IMG/VR virus record: IMGVR_UViG_3300045241_000137
Length of the DNA: 64,000 nucleotides
From: an uncultured virus (IMG/VR IMGVR_UViG_3300045241_000137)
Taxonomy: Duplodnaviria; Heunggongvirae; Uroviricota; Caudoviricetes
Strand: one strand, 5' to 3'
Notes under the pieces: model-generated
Databases searched by the model: none
Told to the model about the DNA's origin: nothing
Seen by the model: the letters and a program-made list of their open reading frames with translations, nothing else
Position numbers and translations under genes: made by a program
Shown here: one piece after another, positions 9,873 through 22,828 of the stretch
Layout of the letters: the number at the start of each line of letters is the position of its first letter
Numbering within the stretch: the first letter of the stretch is position 1

Positions 9873-10105
9873 TTTGCCGACCTCGCTAGCCGATCAGTTC
9901 TTTGCCGCTCAACAACCTCGCGCTTGGCGACGAACTGCTCCCCGTTGAGGAGTTGCACTGCCAACTTCCTGGGAGGCAGATCGACCAGGGTCAACCGCTC
10001 GATCTCCGACTGCGACCCAAAGTAGTGCCACAAGGCGACGCGCGCGTCGGCGAGCGTTTCGTAGTACGACGTTCCCCCGTCGTCGAAGATGCTGTAGACG
10101 ATCAC
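9869..10105 (-). CDS. Hypothetical protein
   Basis: GTG start overlapping the RecT stop: VIVYSIFDDGGTSYYETL... Confidence 0.55.
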   Translation of the reverse strand: MIVYSIFDDGGTSYYETLADARVALWHYFGSQSEIERLTLVDLPPRKLAVQLLNGEQFVAKREVVERQRTDRLARSAK

Positions 10106-11151
10106 GACTCGATCTCCGGGTGCTCCTGCGCGAACGCGGCGAGCGCAGACATCAGCGGCTCCGTCGTCCACTGCTTGCGCGCCCACTTCAGGTACAAGAC
10201 GCCCTTCTCGCCGAGCTCGAAGATCTCCTCGATCGACTTGCCCTGATACCGGCCTGCGCTGAACCGGGGCGCTTCCTCGGAGACGATCTCGCCTTCGACT
10301 TCCTCGGGCGGCTCCTCCCCCGCGAACGGCACGTCCGGCTCGATGATCTCGCCGGTCTCGCGGTTGACGTTGGGGGGCGGGGAGTCCAACTGCGGCGTGG
10401 TCTCACCCGCCCCATCGGCCGGCGCAGGGGTCGGCGCCGAGCGATCTCCGTAAAGTGCCTTGATCTCGTCGTCGCCGTTCAACTCGGCGCCCAAGATGCG
10501 CTGGACGCGCTCCGCGTCTTTCGGGTCGAGCGGCAGGCTCTTGAACAACTTGCGCGCGACGGTCTTCTCGGCCATCCGGTCGTACCAGTCCTTCCACGGG
10601 CCCGACCCCTTGGCGCGTGACACGTTCCTGATCCGGTCGATCTCTGTCTTGTCCATCACCTCGGGGCCGACCTTGCGTCCGTCGCGGTGTTCGGCGATCG
10701 CGTACGCGCCGATGATCGGGCCGCGGTCGGTGCCGAGGCGGGGAGGCTTGTGGCCGGTGGTGTGCGCCTCGAGGTCGGGATCGAACGCGTCCTGCTCGTG
10801 GACGACATGGGCGATCAGCGACCAGCCGTGCTCGGCGGCGAGCTTGCGCAGCCCGCCGATCATCGGCAGGTAGGCGGCGTCACGTCCGAAGACGACGATC
10901 GCGGATTCGCGCCCGTCGGGGACGAGTCCGTCCATCGCGGAGCGGAGGACGGCGCGGTAGAGGCTTGCGTGATCGGCCTTCAGGATGTCCGGGTTCGTCA
11001 GCGCGGCGTTCTTCAGTCCACGGATGAACACGGGAACGCTGATCTCGGGAGGGAGAACCTCGGCGAGTTCGCTGTGGAGGCGCTGGTCGTCTGCGAAAGC
11101 GACGAGTTCGCGCTGCTGCTGTACGAGTTCTTGGCCGGTCACGGCGGCCAC
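10102..11151 (-). CDS. recT: RecT-family single-strand annealing recombinase
   Basis: SAMDGLVPDGRESAIVVFG...YLPMIGGLRKLA...GAYAIA...GPWKDWYDRMAEKTVARKLFKSLP. Short C-terminal GRYQGKSI...YLKW domain. Confidence 0.92.
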   Translation of the reverse strand: MAAVTGQELVQQQRELVAFADDQRLHSELAEVLPPEISVPVFIRGLKNAALTNPDILKADHASLYRAVLRSAMDGLVPDGRESAIVVFGRDAAYLPMIGGLRKLAAEHGWSLIAHVVHEQDAFDPDLEAHTTGHKPPRLGTDRGPIIGAYAIAEHRDGRKVGPEVMDKTEIDRIRNVSRAKGSGPWKDWYDRMAEKTVARKLFKSLPLDPKDAERVQRILGAELNGDDEIKALYGDRSAPTPAPADGAGETTPQLDSPPPNVNRETGEIIEPDVPFAGEEPPEEVEGEIVSEEAPRFSAGRYQGKSIEEIFELGEKGVLYLKWARKQWTTEPLMSALAAFAQEHPEIES

Positions 11152-11303
11152 CCCTTTCGTTGTTGGTTAGGTGCTGCGGGGATTCACGACGGATCCGGTG
11201 CGCGCCCAAGCAGGGCTGCTGCTCTTGTCCGTCGCGGCCGCCGAGATGAGCATCTCGCCGTTAGTCGCGGCCAACTGGGTCCTCCCCGCAGTCTCCGTGC
11301 GCA

Positions 11304-11465
11304 TCACAGGATACGCCCGTCTTTCTTCAGATGGTTGTGAAGCGCGATCCGCATCTCGGCGGCCATCGAGCGCTCGTTGTCCTTTGCCATCTGCTTCAGC
11401 GCGCGCTCCTGGCTGACTGGCACCTTGGCGCTGACCTTCACTGTCTTGGCTCCGACCTGATGCAT
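11304..11465 (-). CDS. Arc/ribbon-helix-helix DNA-binding regulator
   Basis: Below the ORF-track cutoff. MHQVGAKTVKVSAKVPVSQERALKQMAKDNERSMAAEMRIALHNHLKKDGRIL; Arc-like A..N.RS...E pattern. Confidence 0.75.
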   Translation of the reverse strand: MHQVGAKTVKVSAKVPVSQERALKQMAKDNERSMAAEMRIALHNHLKKDGRIL

Positions 11466-11472
11466 GAGGGGC

Positions 11473-11502
11473 AGCATAAGGCAGCACCGGGGGTCATGTC
11501 AA
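11473..11502 (-). promoter_or_regulatory. SigA/sigma70-like promoter, probably leaderless
   Basis: TTGACA (11502-11497)-N18-TATGCT (11478-11473), 7 nt before the ATG at 11465. Confidence 0.8.
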
Positions 11503-11624
11503 ATCGGGGTTGAATCTCCAGCCGTTCGGGGTAAGAATCCTGCTCTTGCTGCGGAGCAGGGATCGTAAGAACACGATGGCCGGCGTCAAGGATTCCTCGT
11601 CGTTCAGGCGGTCCCTGCCGCGGC

Positions 11625-11670
11625 TGGAAAAGGGGAAAAGGGGGCGGGCCCGCCTGTGGAACGGGCCCGC
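11625..11670 (-). terminator. Intrinsic terminator ending the late/lysis operon
   Basis: GCGGGCCCG-N9-CGGGCCCGC hairpin followed by a pyrimidine run containing TTTT on the minus strand. Confidence 0.7.
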
Positions 11671-11763
11671 TTGAGCCGATTGTGCTCGCCAACGAAGCGG
11701 ATGCGGCGTGACCGCTCCATCAGCGAGCCACGAACGATACTCCACCTTTCGGCGGCCGGCGGG

Positions 11764-12543
11764 TCAGCGGCTGACGCGGATGAACGCCGGTGCGCCGTGG
11801 TAGCGCGCGACGTTCCCGAGCACCCGGTCTCGGTGCTGCACCTCGCCGCCGTTCGAGTCGTTCCCCGCGGCCGTGTTGCCCTCGATCGTCTGGAACGTCC
11901 CGTCCGCGTGGACGCCGGAGCGGAGCAGACCGGCATGATCGGCCAGTCCGCCCTGGTCCCAGTCGAAGCAGACGCAGTCTCCCGGCTGCGCCATCGACGC
12001 CGGGATCATCGCCAAGCCGTTCACGCCGAGCTCGGCGGCCTGCATGAACGCCGGGACGTACGCCCAGTTAGTGCCAAGCGTGAACGCCTTGCTGCCGGCG
12101 TCCAAGTACCAGAGCGAGACGGCCATGCAGCACCAGGGGCCGATGATGTTCCAGCGGTCGGTGAAGATGCAGCGGTTCGACCCTGCGGGGCTTTCTTTGA
12201 TGCCGAGGGTCTTCTCAGCGCGCTCGAGCGCTTTCAGTCTGAGCGGCTTCTCCTGCGCCGCTTTGAGCCGGGCGGCGCGGCGGCCGCGGTAGATGAGCGG
12301 AAGCGCGTCCTGCACGGTGAGGTAGTGGACGAGCTGGTCTCCGGCGAACGGTTTTTGCTCGTTGGTGGGATACCCGAGCCAGTATTTCGCTCGTATGCAG
12401 GCCCGCGATGTTTGGGGGCCGAACGCCCCGTCGATGTCACCGAGCAGGAAGTCTCGGTGCGTCCAGTTCGTTTTCAGGAGGCTCTGGATACGGCGCACGT
12501 CTGCGCCTTTGGTGGTCGGGCTGGTCAGGCCGATCGTGTGCAC
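11764..12543 (-). CDS. Endolysin: peptidoglycan-binding domain plus CHAP amidase/peptidase
   Basis: GADVRRIQSLL...DGAFGPQT (PG-binding_1); PWCCMAVS, PGDCVCFDW, DHAGL, TIEGNT (CHAP). Confidence 0.9.
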   Translation of the reverse strand: MHTIGLTSPTTKGADVRRIQSLLKTNWTHRDFLLGDIDGAFGPQTSRACIRAKYWLGYPTNEQKPFAGDQLVHYLTVQDALPLIYRGRRAARLKAAQEKPLRLKALERAEKTLGIKESPAGSNRCIFTDRWNIIGPWCCMAVSLWYLDAGSKAFTLGTNWAYVPAFMQAAELGVNGLAMIPASMAQPGDCVCFDWDQGGLADHAGLLRSGVHADGTFQTIEGNTAAGNDSNGGEVQHRDRVLGNVARYHGAPAFIRVSR

Positions 12544-12545
12544 GG

Positions 12546-12977
12546 CTAGTGCGTGATCCCGATCGCGGCGAGGATCCCGAGCACCATCCCGACGAGCGCG
12601 ATCACGAACAGCGCGGCCTTCTGCCAGGTCGTCCACTGCTGCCGCTTCGACTCTTTCACGGCCTCAAGTGCAGCAGACGCGGCGGTCGCCGCGATCTTCG
12701 CCGCCGCCTCATTGCTCTCTAACTGGTGGACGCGCTCGCGCAGGTTCGGACGCCCCGGCTGCCTGAACTTGTGGTCGGGCGCGTCCCCGACCTCGAGCAT
12801 CAGGTCCGCGATGTGGCCGTTCACCTCGCCGACTCCCGACTTCAGTTCCTTGAGCTCTGTCTTGGCGTGTTCGATGAACGCTCGCAGTTCGTCGTGGCCG
12901 ACCATGCCGTCGATCTTCCGGTTCAGTTCGGCGATCTGCCTCTCGAGGAGTTCCACTCTGGTCTTAGGGTCCGGCAC
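12546..12977 (-). CDS. Holin-like membrane protein with coiled coil
   Basis: Coiled-coil N-terminus, single C-terminal TM helix, directly upstream of the endolysin. Confidence 0.55.
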   Translation of the reverse strand: MPDPKTRVELLERQIAELNRKIDGMVGHDELRAFIEHAKTELKELKSGVGEVNGHIADLMLEVGDAPDHKFRQPGRPNLRERVHQLESNEAAAKIAATAASAALEAVKESKRQQWTTWQKAALFVIALVGMVLGILAAIGITH

Positions 12978-13070
12978 GCTGGGAACCTCCCATGGTTCCG
13001 CAGCGTGGGTGGGTCGAGTCCGCAGGGTGTGGCCGCATGCAGGGGATTGTGCCTTTCAGTTCGGACAGGC

Positions 13071-15947
<2,877 letters not shown>

Positions 15948-15955
<8 letters not shown>

Positions 15956-17873
15956 GCTGACTGTCCACCGACGTCGTCAACTCCGGAACCGTCGCGACGC
16001 CGTTGTCGTCGACGTCGATCGGGATCACGTAGATGCGCTGGTAGCCCCATGCCCCCGGGTCGTCTTCGGGATTGTCGAAGTACGCCTGGAAGTCGATGCC
16101 GATCGGCTCGCGCAGATTCCGCGATGCCCAGACCGGAACGTAGTCGCCCAACCCGTAGTCGCGCAACGGGAGCGGCGACCGCTCCGGTGCCGGGTTCACC
16201 TGCAAAGTCTTCTGGCCGCGCTTGCGAAGTTGCAACTGGGCGAACGCCAATCCGGCGACGTAGTTCCAGTCTTCCCCGGCAGGGAACGTTTGCTGCGCCC
16301 AGTATTGACCGAACTCGGCGATCGAAGCCAGGTCGGTCTGGTCCGCACCGGGGATGGCGAACCCCGTGATGTAGCGGATCACGTTCGCCAACCGTGTCCC
16401 GTCGACCATCCGCGAGATCGACGTCAGCGACCGCGGCCCGCTATCCCACGCCATCACCTGCCCGTACTGGTTGACCGCCTTCTTCTTGTAGATGTGCAGC
16501 ACGGCGACCTTGCCGGGATTCGTGACCGGCTCGTAGATCGGCTCCAGCCAGATGTCGATCGTCCCGGTGTCGCACAACGTCTGCCACGCCTCACCGACAG
16601 ACAGACCCTGCTCCAACGTCAGCCGTGCGAGCAGCGGATCGGTGTCCTCGAGCAGCCCACTGTCGGACGAGTCGATCAGCACGTCTCCGTCGAACAGCTC
16701 GGTCTGGGCGAGCAGGCCGATCGCGATGTCGGACGCGCGCGCGTTCTCGTCGAAGACCAGCCCGGTCTCGCCTGCAACCTCTCCGGTTTCGAAGTCCCTG
16801 ATCGGCCTCGACATCAGAAGCTGCCACGGGTCGTAGGCTGTGTAACGGGTGGTGGGAGCGTCGTCGCCGACGTCCTCAACGGTGAGCACGACACCGGCAA
16901 ACCTGCATACGTACGGTGGACCGTTGATCACGGTGCGCGGCTCGCGGCGGAACGCGAACAGCAGACGGCTGTTGTTCGTCAGCACCGCCGGCGAGTCCGG
17001 GTCTGGATACGGCAAATGGATCATCGGGTCGTCGGAGGCGACGAGTCCGGTGTGCGTGGCCGGCGCGTCGAGGGTGAACACGAACTGCTTGGACGCGGCC
17101 CGCTTGTCGAACAGCGAGATCGTCTGCTGGTCGCGGTCGGTGAGGATCACCCGCCACGGCTGCTCCGTAAATACTTGCGGCGGAGGGGGCGGTGGCGGGA
17201 GACTGAAAGCAATCGCGTCCAGTTTCCCCGATGGACCAGGAACAGGTCCGATGAGCCTCGCGATCCCCGTATCAAGGGGAACAGCCCAGAGAGCGCCGTC
17301 AACCTGCGCCCCGCAATACATCTCGACCCCGTTCCACGCCATCGCGTTCGGAGTATCGAATCCGCCCGTGTTCGGGATTGCCAGCACGAACGTGTCTACG
17401 CCCGTTGCTGGAACAACGTTGTGTCCGGAGGTTGGTTGACTGCCGGGGAACTTCCAGAGCGTCCCTTCAGCGAACTCAATGGGTCCGCTAGGAGACACTG
17501 CAGATCCGATGCTGGTCGTCGCGCCAGTGCCCTTGTTAATCGAAACGAGGCATCGCGGATTCGACGTATTGAAGCCGTAGAGCGTCCCGTCGTCAGCGAA
17601 CGCCAGATCCACGACTCCCGATGTTCCTGTGAGGTCCCCGATGAAAGTTCCCGCTCCGGTGGCGGGATCAAGCGTCACCAAACTATGAGGGTGCACGGCG
17701 CTGTTGTTGCTCGTGGCTCCGTAAAGAGTCCCATCTGTGGGATCGAACGCAAGCCCGGTCATCGCGAAGCCGATCGGACCGATCGCCGTCGGCGTACCGT
17801 CAACGATGCTGATCGTGTAAAGATCCGAGGTGGTGGCAGCAGCCCCGAAAGCTCCGTAGAGAGTCAGAGCCAT
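15948..17873 (-). CDS. Minor tail (baseplate hub/Tal-like) protein with N-terminal beta-propeller-like domain
   Basis: Follows the Dit-like gene. N-terminal GLAFDPTDGTLYG/DLAFADDGTLYG repeats, PPPPPPP linker, C-terminal DYGLGDYV hub-like motif. Confidence 0.7.
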
Positions 17874-18766
17874 CAGGCCCAGGCGCCGTTGCTCAGCACT
17901 AGCGCGCTCGCCCCGAAGATCTCCACCATGTTATCGCCCGGCACCAGCGGAAAGAAATCGCTGTAGCGGAAATCCAGTCCGGCGAGCCGGTTGGCGCCGG
18001 AGCCGTTCAGGAACGCGGTGCCGGTGAAGAACACGAACTCGACGTACTGCGGCGACACTGGGATCGCCACCGCACCGGGCAGCGCGGAGAAGTAGACGAG
18101 CTTCAACGGGTTCCCGTCCAGATCCTCGATCGAGTAGTTGACCAACTCGACGTAGGTGGACGGGTCGCCGTAGATCTTGACGGTCGGGTAGAACTCGGTG
18201 TTCCCGGCGTTGTTGATCACCTCGAGGCCCGTAGAGGCGAGCATCGTCTGCGTCTCCGTGAACTCCATGTAGTACGGATACGGGGTGTCGAGGTCGAACT
18301 CGTACTGGATCTCGTCCAACTCTCCACGCGCCAAAGTCGGTGTCCCCGAAAGCTGGCAGCGGTCGAGCATTCGGTCGTCGGACGTCCCGCTGGGTGTCCA
18401 GATGTAGCGGGCGTTCGGGTAGCCGGACACCAAGCCGGTGCGGATCATCTCGTTGACGAACAGGCCGAGCTCGTCCTCCATCGCCACGAGATCGGCGTCG
18501 CAGGCGGCCGAGAACTCGCCACCGCCCTCGTCGATGACCAACGAGATGGCGAGGTGGACGCCGTAGCCTGAGCGCCAGCGGCGGTGCGGGATCTTTCCGT
18601 CGCCTTGCGGGATGTCGTCGTCTGTTGTTCTGACCGGCAGCGCGGACGTGCACTTCAACGGGTCGAGCTGGAACCTGCGTCGCGTGTCAGGGTCGGTGTA
18701 GTTCAGGGTGAGCGTGCCGATGCCGGTGACGACGATCGACGCTGGCTTGTCCCACTCGCTGATCAC
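17873..18766 (-). CDS. Distal tail protein (Dit-like)
   Basis: Immediately after the tape measure gene; INNAGNTEFYPTVKIYG and FFPLVPGDN motifs. Confidence 0.75.
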   Translation of the reverse strand: MISEWDKPASIVVTGIGTLTLNYTDPDTRRRFQLDPLKCTSALPVRTTDDDIPQGDGKIPHRRWRSGYGVHLAISLVIDEGGGEFSAACDADLVAMEDELGLFVNEMIRTGLVSGYPNARYIWTPSGTSDDRMLDRCQLSGTPTLARGELDEIQYEFDLDTPYPYYMEFTETQTMLASTGLEVINNAGNTEFYPTVKIYGDPSTYVELVNYSIEDLDGNPLKLVYFSALPGAVAIPVSPQYVEFVFFTGTAFLNGSGANRLAGLDFRYSDFFPLVPGDNMVEIFGASALVLSNGAWA

Positions 18767-21700
18767 GGCGCCACGGCTCCCTGGTCGATCACTGCTGTCG
18801 CTGTCTCTGCCGACTTGCCCTTCGGCTTCGCCTTGTTCTGCGTCTGCTCGAACTTCGCCTTCGCGCCCAAGACCTTCGCGAGCTGGTTCGTCGCCTTCGT
18901 GTTCGCGCGCTGCGCCACCGTGTTCGCGTGCGTCTCGCGCACCTGGTCGTCTCGGAGCTTGCGGATCGCGTCGGCGAGGCTCCGTTCGGCCCTGACGACC
19001 TGCCTTTGCGCTGTCGTGATCCCGCGCGCGGCCGCTGCGACGCTTCGTGTCGCCTGCCCGATGTCCTTAGCAGCCTGTGTGCGGGCGGCGGCGATCGCCT
19101 TCGCACCCGCGGCGACGGCGTTCAGGGGATGGACGATGTCGAGCGGATCCGCCCCGCCAGGACGGCGTGGGCCGGCCGCGACCGCCCTACCCTGGCCGAA
19201 GATCGCTGCGAGCGCGTCCTTGAACTGGTTGCCGACCGCCGAGCCGAGCACCTTCGCAACCTCCGCGGGCGTGACGCCCTTCAGGATGCCGCGAAGCTGC
19301 CTCTCGAACTGGGCGGGAGTGATCAGTCCGCGCGCGAGCTTGTCGGTCAGGTCGTTGATCTTCTGAGTGACGTCCGCCGTTGGCGGCTTCTCGCCCTGCG
19401 CCCGGAACGCGAGTTGCTGCGCGATCCTCTGTGTCTCCGCGCCTCCGCCGCCGGCGAGGATCTGCTGCCGCAACTGCTGGAACTTCGCGCCGAGCTTGCC
19501 GCTCGAGCCGCCCCCGCCCGCCGCGTTCACCTGGTTCAAGATGTCGGCGATCGTCTGCCCGAGCGACGCCAGGTTCGACTTCGCGTCACGGACCGATTGC
19601 GTAACAGAGTTCCTGGCGTTCTTGATCGCTTCGGCGATCGCCTGGTTCGACTGGATTATCGTGTCCCGCAACGTCTGGACGGCGTCGCGGTAGGAGCGGC
19701 GGGCGTCGTCGAGGGACTGGCGTGCGCTCGTCAGCGCGTCCTGCGAGTTGGTGACGGCCTCGCGGTCGGCGCGCACGGTTGCCTTGATGGTGTCGAGGAT
19801 GTCCTGCTGCTTTGCCGCCGTCTCCTTCAATGTGCGCAGACGCTTCTGTTCGTGCGCGATCAGCGCCTGCGCCGCACGAACCTGCTCCTGCAAGTTGAAG
19901 TTCTCCTGCAACTGCGGCGAAACAGGACGCTGTACGTCGAGGCCTCCGAAGCCGAGCGCCGCCAGGATCTGCCTCGTCGACTGTCCCTCCGGCGCCAAGC
20001 GCAGCGCAACATTCAGTTCCTTCGTCGTCGGCAGCCGGTTCAACTGCAAGATCCGGAGCAGCACCCTGGCGAAGACCTTGTCGGTCTTGTTGCCGGTGTC
20101 GGCGAGCTTCTCGAACTCGCGGCGCGCTTCCTCGACTGCCTTCGCCGGCGCGGCCGCGCGCGCCCCGGCGAAAGCCGCGCCGAGCTGGCCCGGACCGGAG
20201 AGTTGCTGCGCTGGCGTCAGCTTGATCGAAGCGACCTTGCGCAAGGCGCTGAAGTGGTCGAGCCACGCCTTCGTTGACTGACTGAGCGGCGCGGCGACAC
20301 CGCGCTCGCTCGCGGCAACGTCGGCGTTCGTGTCGGCGTACTTTCCCTGCGCGGCTGTCAGCTCGCGGGTCGCTTTCGCCAAGTCGATCCTGGCCTTCGT
20401 GACCTGCTGTTCGAGCCCGAGTTTGGCGAGCGATCCCGGTGCGGCGTTCGACGCTCCAAGTGCTCGCTGCGCTGCATCGACGCGCCGCTGTGCGGCGGCC
20501 TGGTTGATCCGGGCGATGCTCACGTTCTCTGCGGCGGCCGCGCGGTCGCCGCGCGCGCCGGTCAGCGCGTTGATCGAGGCGCTCAGGTCGTCGAGCGCTC
20601 GCTTGGCGTTCGAGAAGCTGCCTGGGAGCCGGTCGGCTTCCTTGCGCAGCGCCTGTAGCCCGAAGATCGCGGCGGTGATCCCGATCGTGATCCCGAGCGG
20701 CCCCTTCAACGCGCCGAGCGCAGCCGTGCCGAGACTAATCCTCGTCGCTGTGGCCTGCGCCGCCGCCCCCTCCGCGACCGTCGCTGCCGCCGCCACGGTG
20801 GTCGCGCGCGTGTAGATCGCTTGCGCCGCAGATGCCGAGGCCAGCGAAAGCCGCAAAGCCCCGAACGCGATCGCCGCGGCCGTGAGAGCCTCGACCAGAG
20901 GCTTCAGCGCACCGATCCGCGCCAGCCCGGACACCGCCGCCCCGAGCGCAAGGAACAGCACCTTCAGCGGAGCGAGGACGACCGCCACGGTCTTGAAGCC
21001 GTCACGGATCCCGCCGAGCGACTGCGAGAACACCTTGGTCACCTGCTCCGACTCCGTGATCCGCTTGACGAACTCGCCCATCGAGTTCTTCGCCTCCTCA
21101 CGGAAGATCTGCAACCGTCCCGGCAACGTGCGGCCGAACGCCTCCGCCGTCCCGCCGACCTGATGCTCAACCTCCCCCAAGATCACCTTCTGCGCAGTCA
21201 GGATGCGCCCGGACTCGACGAGGTTCTTGATCAGGTCGCGCTGCGACTGCGACAGAGTGATCCCCGAACGACGCAGCGCGGTGACACCGCGGATCGGGTC
21301 CTGCAACGCCTTCCCCAACTGCACAGCCGAACCGCGCAGATCGGTCCCGAACACCGCCGAGATGTCCTGCACCGCCTTCACCGACCTGGTGAAGATCGCG
21401 TTCATCCCCGAGCCCTCGTTCCGGATCTGCCGGAACGTCAGCAGAACGTTCGCCGCCTGCTTCACCAGTTCGTCGTCGGTGCCGGTCAGCGCAAGCTGCG
21501 ACTGCGCCAGCGCGTCGATGCCCTTCGCCGTGATGTTCGCCGCGCCACCCGTCGCACGGAGCACAGCCTGCGTCTGCGCGGCCACGACGGTCATGTCGCG
21601 GAACTCCTGCACGGCCGAAGCGATCGCACCGCCGGCCAACGCTCCGACGAGGAACGCTCCGGAGGCGAACGAGACCGCCCGGAAGAAACCTGACGAGGCG

Positions 21701-22545
21701 GCTGTCGCGGCGAACAGACCGCGCGTGTAGCGGCCGGCGGCGGTCTCGGCCTTCTGTACGTCCTGCGAGAACGCGCGCGTCGCGGCGGCAGCCCTGCCCG
21801 AAGTCGGACTGATCTTTTCCAACTCCTCCGTGGTTGCCTTTGTTGTCCGCGCGGTCACGCTCTCTGCTGCTGCGAGTTCCTTCTGCGCTCGAGCCGCCTC
21901 TTTGTTCGCGACTGTTCCCTCGCGGAGAGTGGTAGGCAAGATCACCCCGCTTGGCAACACCCTCTCCGCGCTCGGCGCGGCAGCTACGGCTGCATTGATC
22001 CGCTGCTGCGCACTGAGTGACGCTAGTTCCGCTTTCGCGGCCTTAGCTGACTGCGCGAGTTTCGTTTGCGCAACCGCAGCCTGTTCGGTTTCTACGGTCA
22101 CGCTTCTGATCCCTGGCGGAAGCACAATCCCAGCCAGTTCGCCCTTGGTCACCTTCGCGGCCTGGGCGAGTTTCCTCTGCGCCTCGGCCGCGCTATTGGA
22201 AACCGATACGGCATCACGAACTCCCGCGGGAAGCACGATCCCGTTTATCTGAGTCTTCGTGTTCTTCGCTGCGACGGCCAATCTCTCCTGAGCGGCCGTA
22301 ACCCTGTCAGTAGCTGTGGAGACGTCGCCGAGGCGCGTGGTGACCGCAGAGGTTTCCTTCAATGCTTGGGCGGCGGCAGTCTTTCCGGGGACTGCCGCCG
22401 CCCGAACTGCGGCGACGTTCGCACGCACCGCAACGTCCGCTTTCAGCCCGGCCAGCGCTGATTTTAGTTGCGCCTGAAGCTCGGCCCTGAACCCGGCCAA
22501 CTGCGGCCGGATGAGGATGAACTCCTCTCCCAAAGGCTGAGTCAA
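18763..22545 (-). CDS. Tape measure protein
   Basis: 1260 aa, Ala-rich and helical; QLGKALQDPIRGVTALRRSGI motif; TTG start with an AGGAGG RBS. Confidence 0.93.
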   Translation of the reverse strand: MTQPLGEEFILIRPQLAGFRAELQAQLKSALAGLKADVAVRANVAAVRAAAVPGKTAAAQALKETSAVTTRLGDVSTATDRVTAAQERLAVAAKNTKTQINGIVLPAGVRDAVSVSNSAAEAQRKLAQAAKVTKGELAGIVLPPGIRSVTVETEQAAVAQTKLAQSAKAAKAELASLSAQQRINAAVAAAPSAERVLPSGVILPTTLREGTVANKEAARAQKELAAAESVTARTTKATTEELEKISPTSGRAAAATRAFSQDVQKAETAAGRYTRGLFAATAASSGFFRAVSFASGAFLVGALAGGAIASAVQEFRDMTVVAAQTQAVLRATGGAANITAKGIDALAQSQLALTGTDDELVKQAANVLLTFRQIRNEGSGMNAIFTRSVKAVQDISAVFGTDLRGSAVQLGKALQDPIRGVTALRRSGITLSQSQRDLIKNLVESGRILTAQKVILGEVEHQVGGTAEAFGRTLPGRLQIFREEAKNSMGEFVKRITESEQVTKVFSQSLGGIRDGFKTVAVVLAPLKVLFLALGAAVSGLARIGALKPLVEALTAAAIAFGALRLSLASASAAQAIYTRATTVAAAATVAEGAAAQATATRISLGTAALGALKGPLGITIGITAAIFGLQALRKEADRLPGSFSNAKRALDDLSASINALTGARGDRAAAAENVSIARINQAAAQRRVDAAQRALGASNAAPGSLAKLGLEQQVTKARIDLAKATRELTAAQGKYADTNADVAASERGVAAPLSQSTKAWLDHFSALRKVASIKLTPAQQLSGPGQLGAAFAGARAAAPAKAVEEARREFEKLADTGNKTDKVFARVLLRILQLNRLPTTKELNVALRLAPEGQSTRQILAALGFGGLDVQRPVSPQLQENFNLQEQVRAAQALIAHEQKRLRTLKETAAKQQDILDTIKATVRADREAVTNSQDALTSARQSLDDARRSYRDAVQTLRDTIIQSNQAIAEAIKNARNSVTQSVRDAKSNLASLGQTIADILNQVNAAGGGGSSGKLGAKFQQLRQQILAGGGGAETQRIAQQLAFRAQGEKPPTADVTQKINDLTDKLARGLITPAQFERQLRGILKGVTPAEVAKVLGSAVGNQFKDALAAIFGQGRAVAAGPRRPGGADPLDIVHPLNAVAAGAKAIAAARTQAAKDIGQATRSVAAAARGITTAQRQVVRAERSLADAIRKLRDDQVRETHANTVAQRANTKATNQLAKVLGAKAKFEQTQNKAKPKGKSAETATAVIDQGAVAP

Positions 22546-22558
22546 GGAGTCACCTCCT

Positions 22559-22828
22559 TCACTTCACGAACCTCATCGCCATGTTCACGGCCTCGCGCTC
22601 GCGGCTGGCCTGCGCGCCCTTGTCCGGTCCGCTCTGGCCTAGAGCAGCGTCGATTTTCTGCTTCTGGTCAGGCTCCAGACCATTGGTCAAGTCCGCGTAC
22701 ACAACGTTTAGGTAGGCACGGAGCGCGAGACCATCGAGGCCACTTCCTCCCGCGACTCGGACACGTCCGTCGATTTCGTTGAACCGTTCTCGCCCGTGCT
22801 CCCAGAGGGCGAGGACGGCTGTGTAGGG
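22559..22828 (-). CDS. Tail assembly chaperone, -1 frameshifted extension (gpGT-like)
   Basis: Open frame PYTAVLALWEHGRERFNEIDGR...RAYLNVVYAD...MRFVK with no good start of its own, entered at CGC-CCT-AC. Ends at the TMP RBS. Confidence 0.7.
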   Translation of the reverse strand, partial: PYTAVLALWEHGRERFNEIDGRVRVAGGSGLDGLALRAYLNVVYADLTNGLEPDQKQKIDAALGQSGPDKGAQASREREAVNMAMRFVK

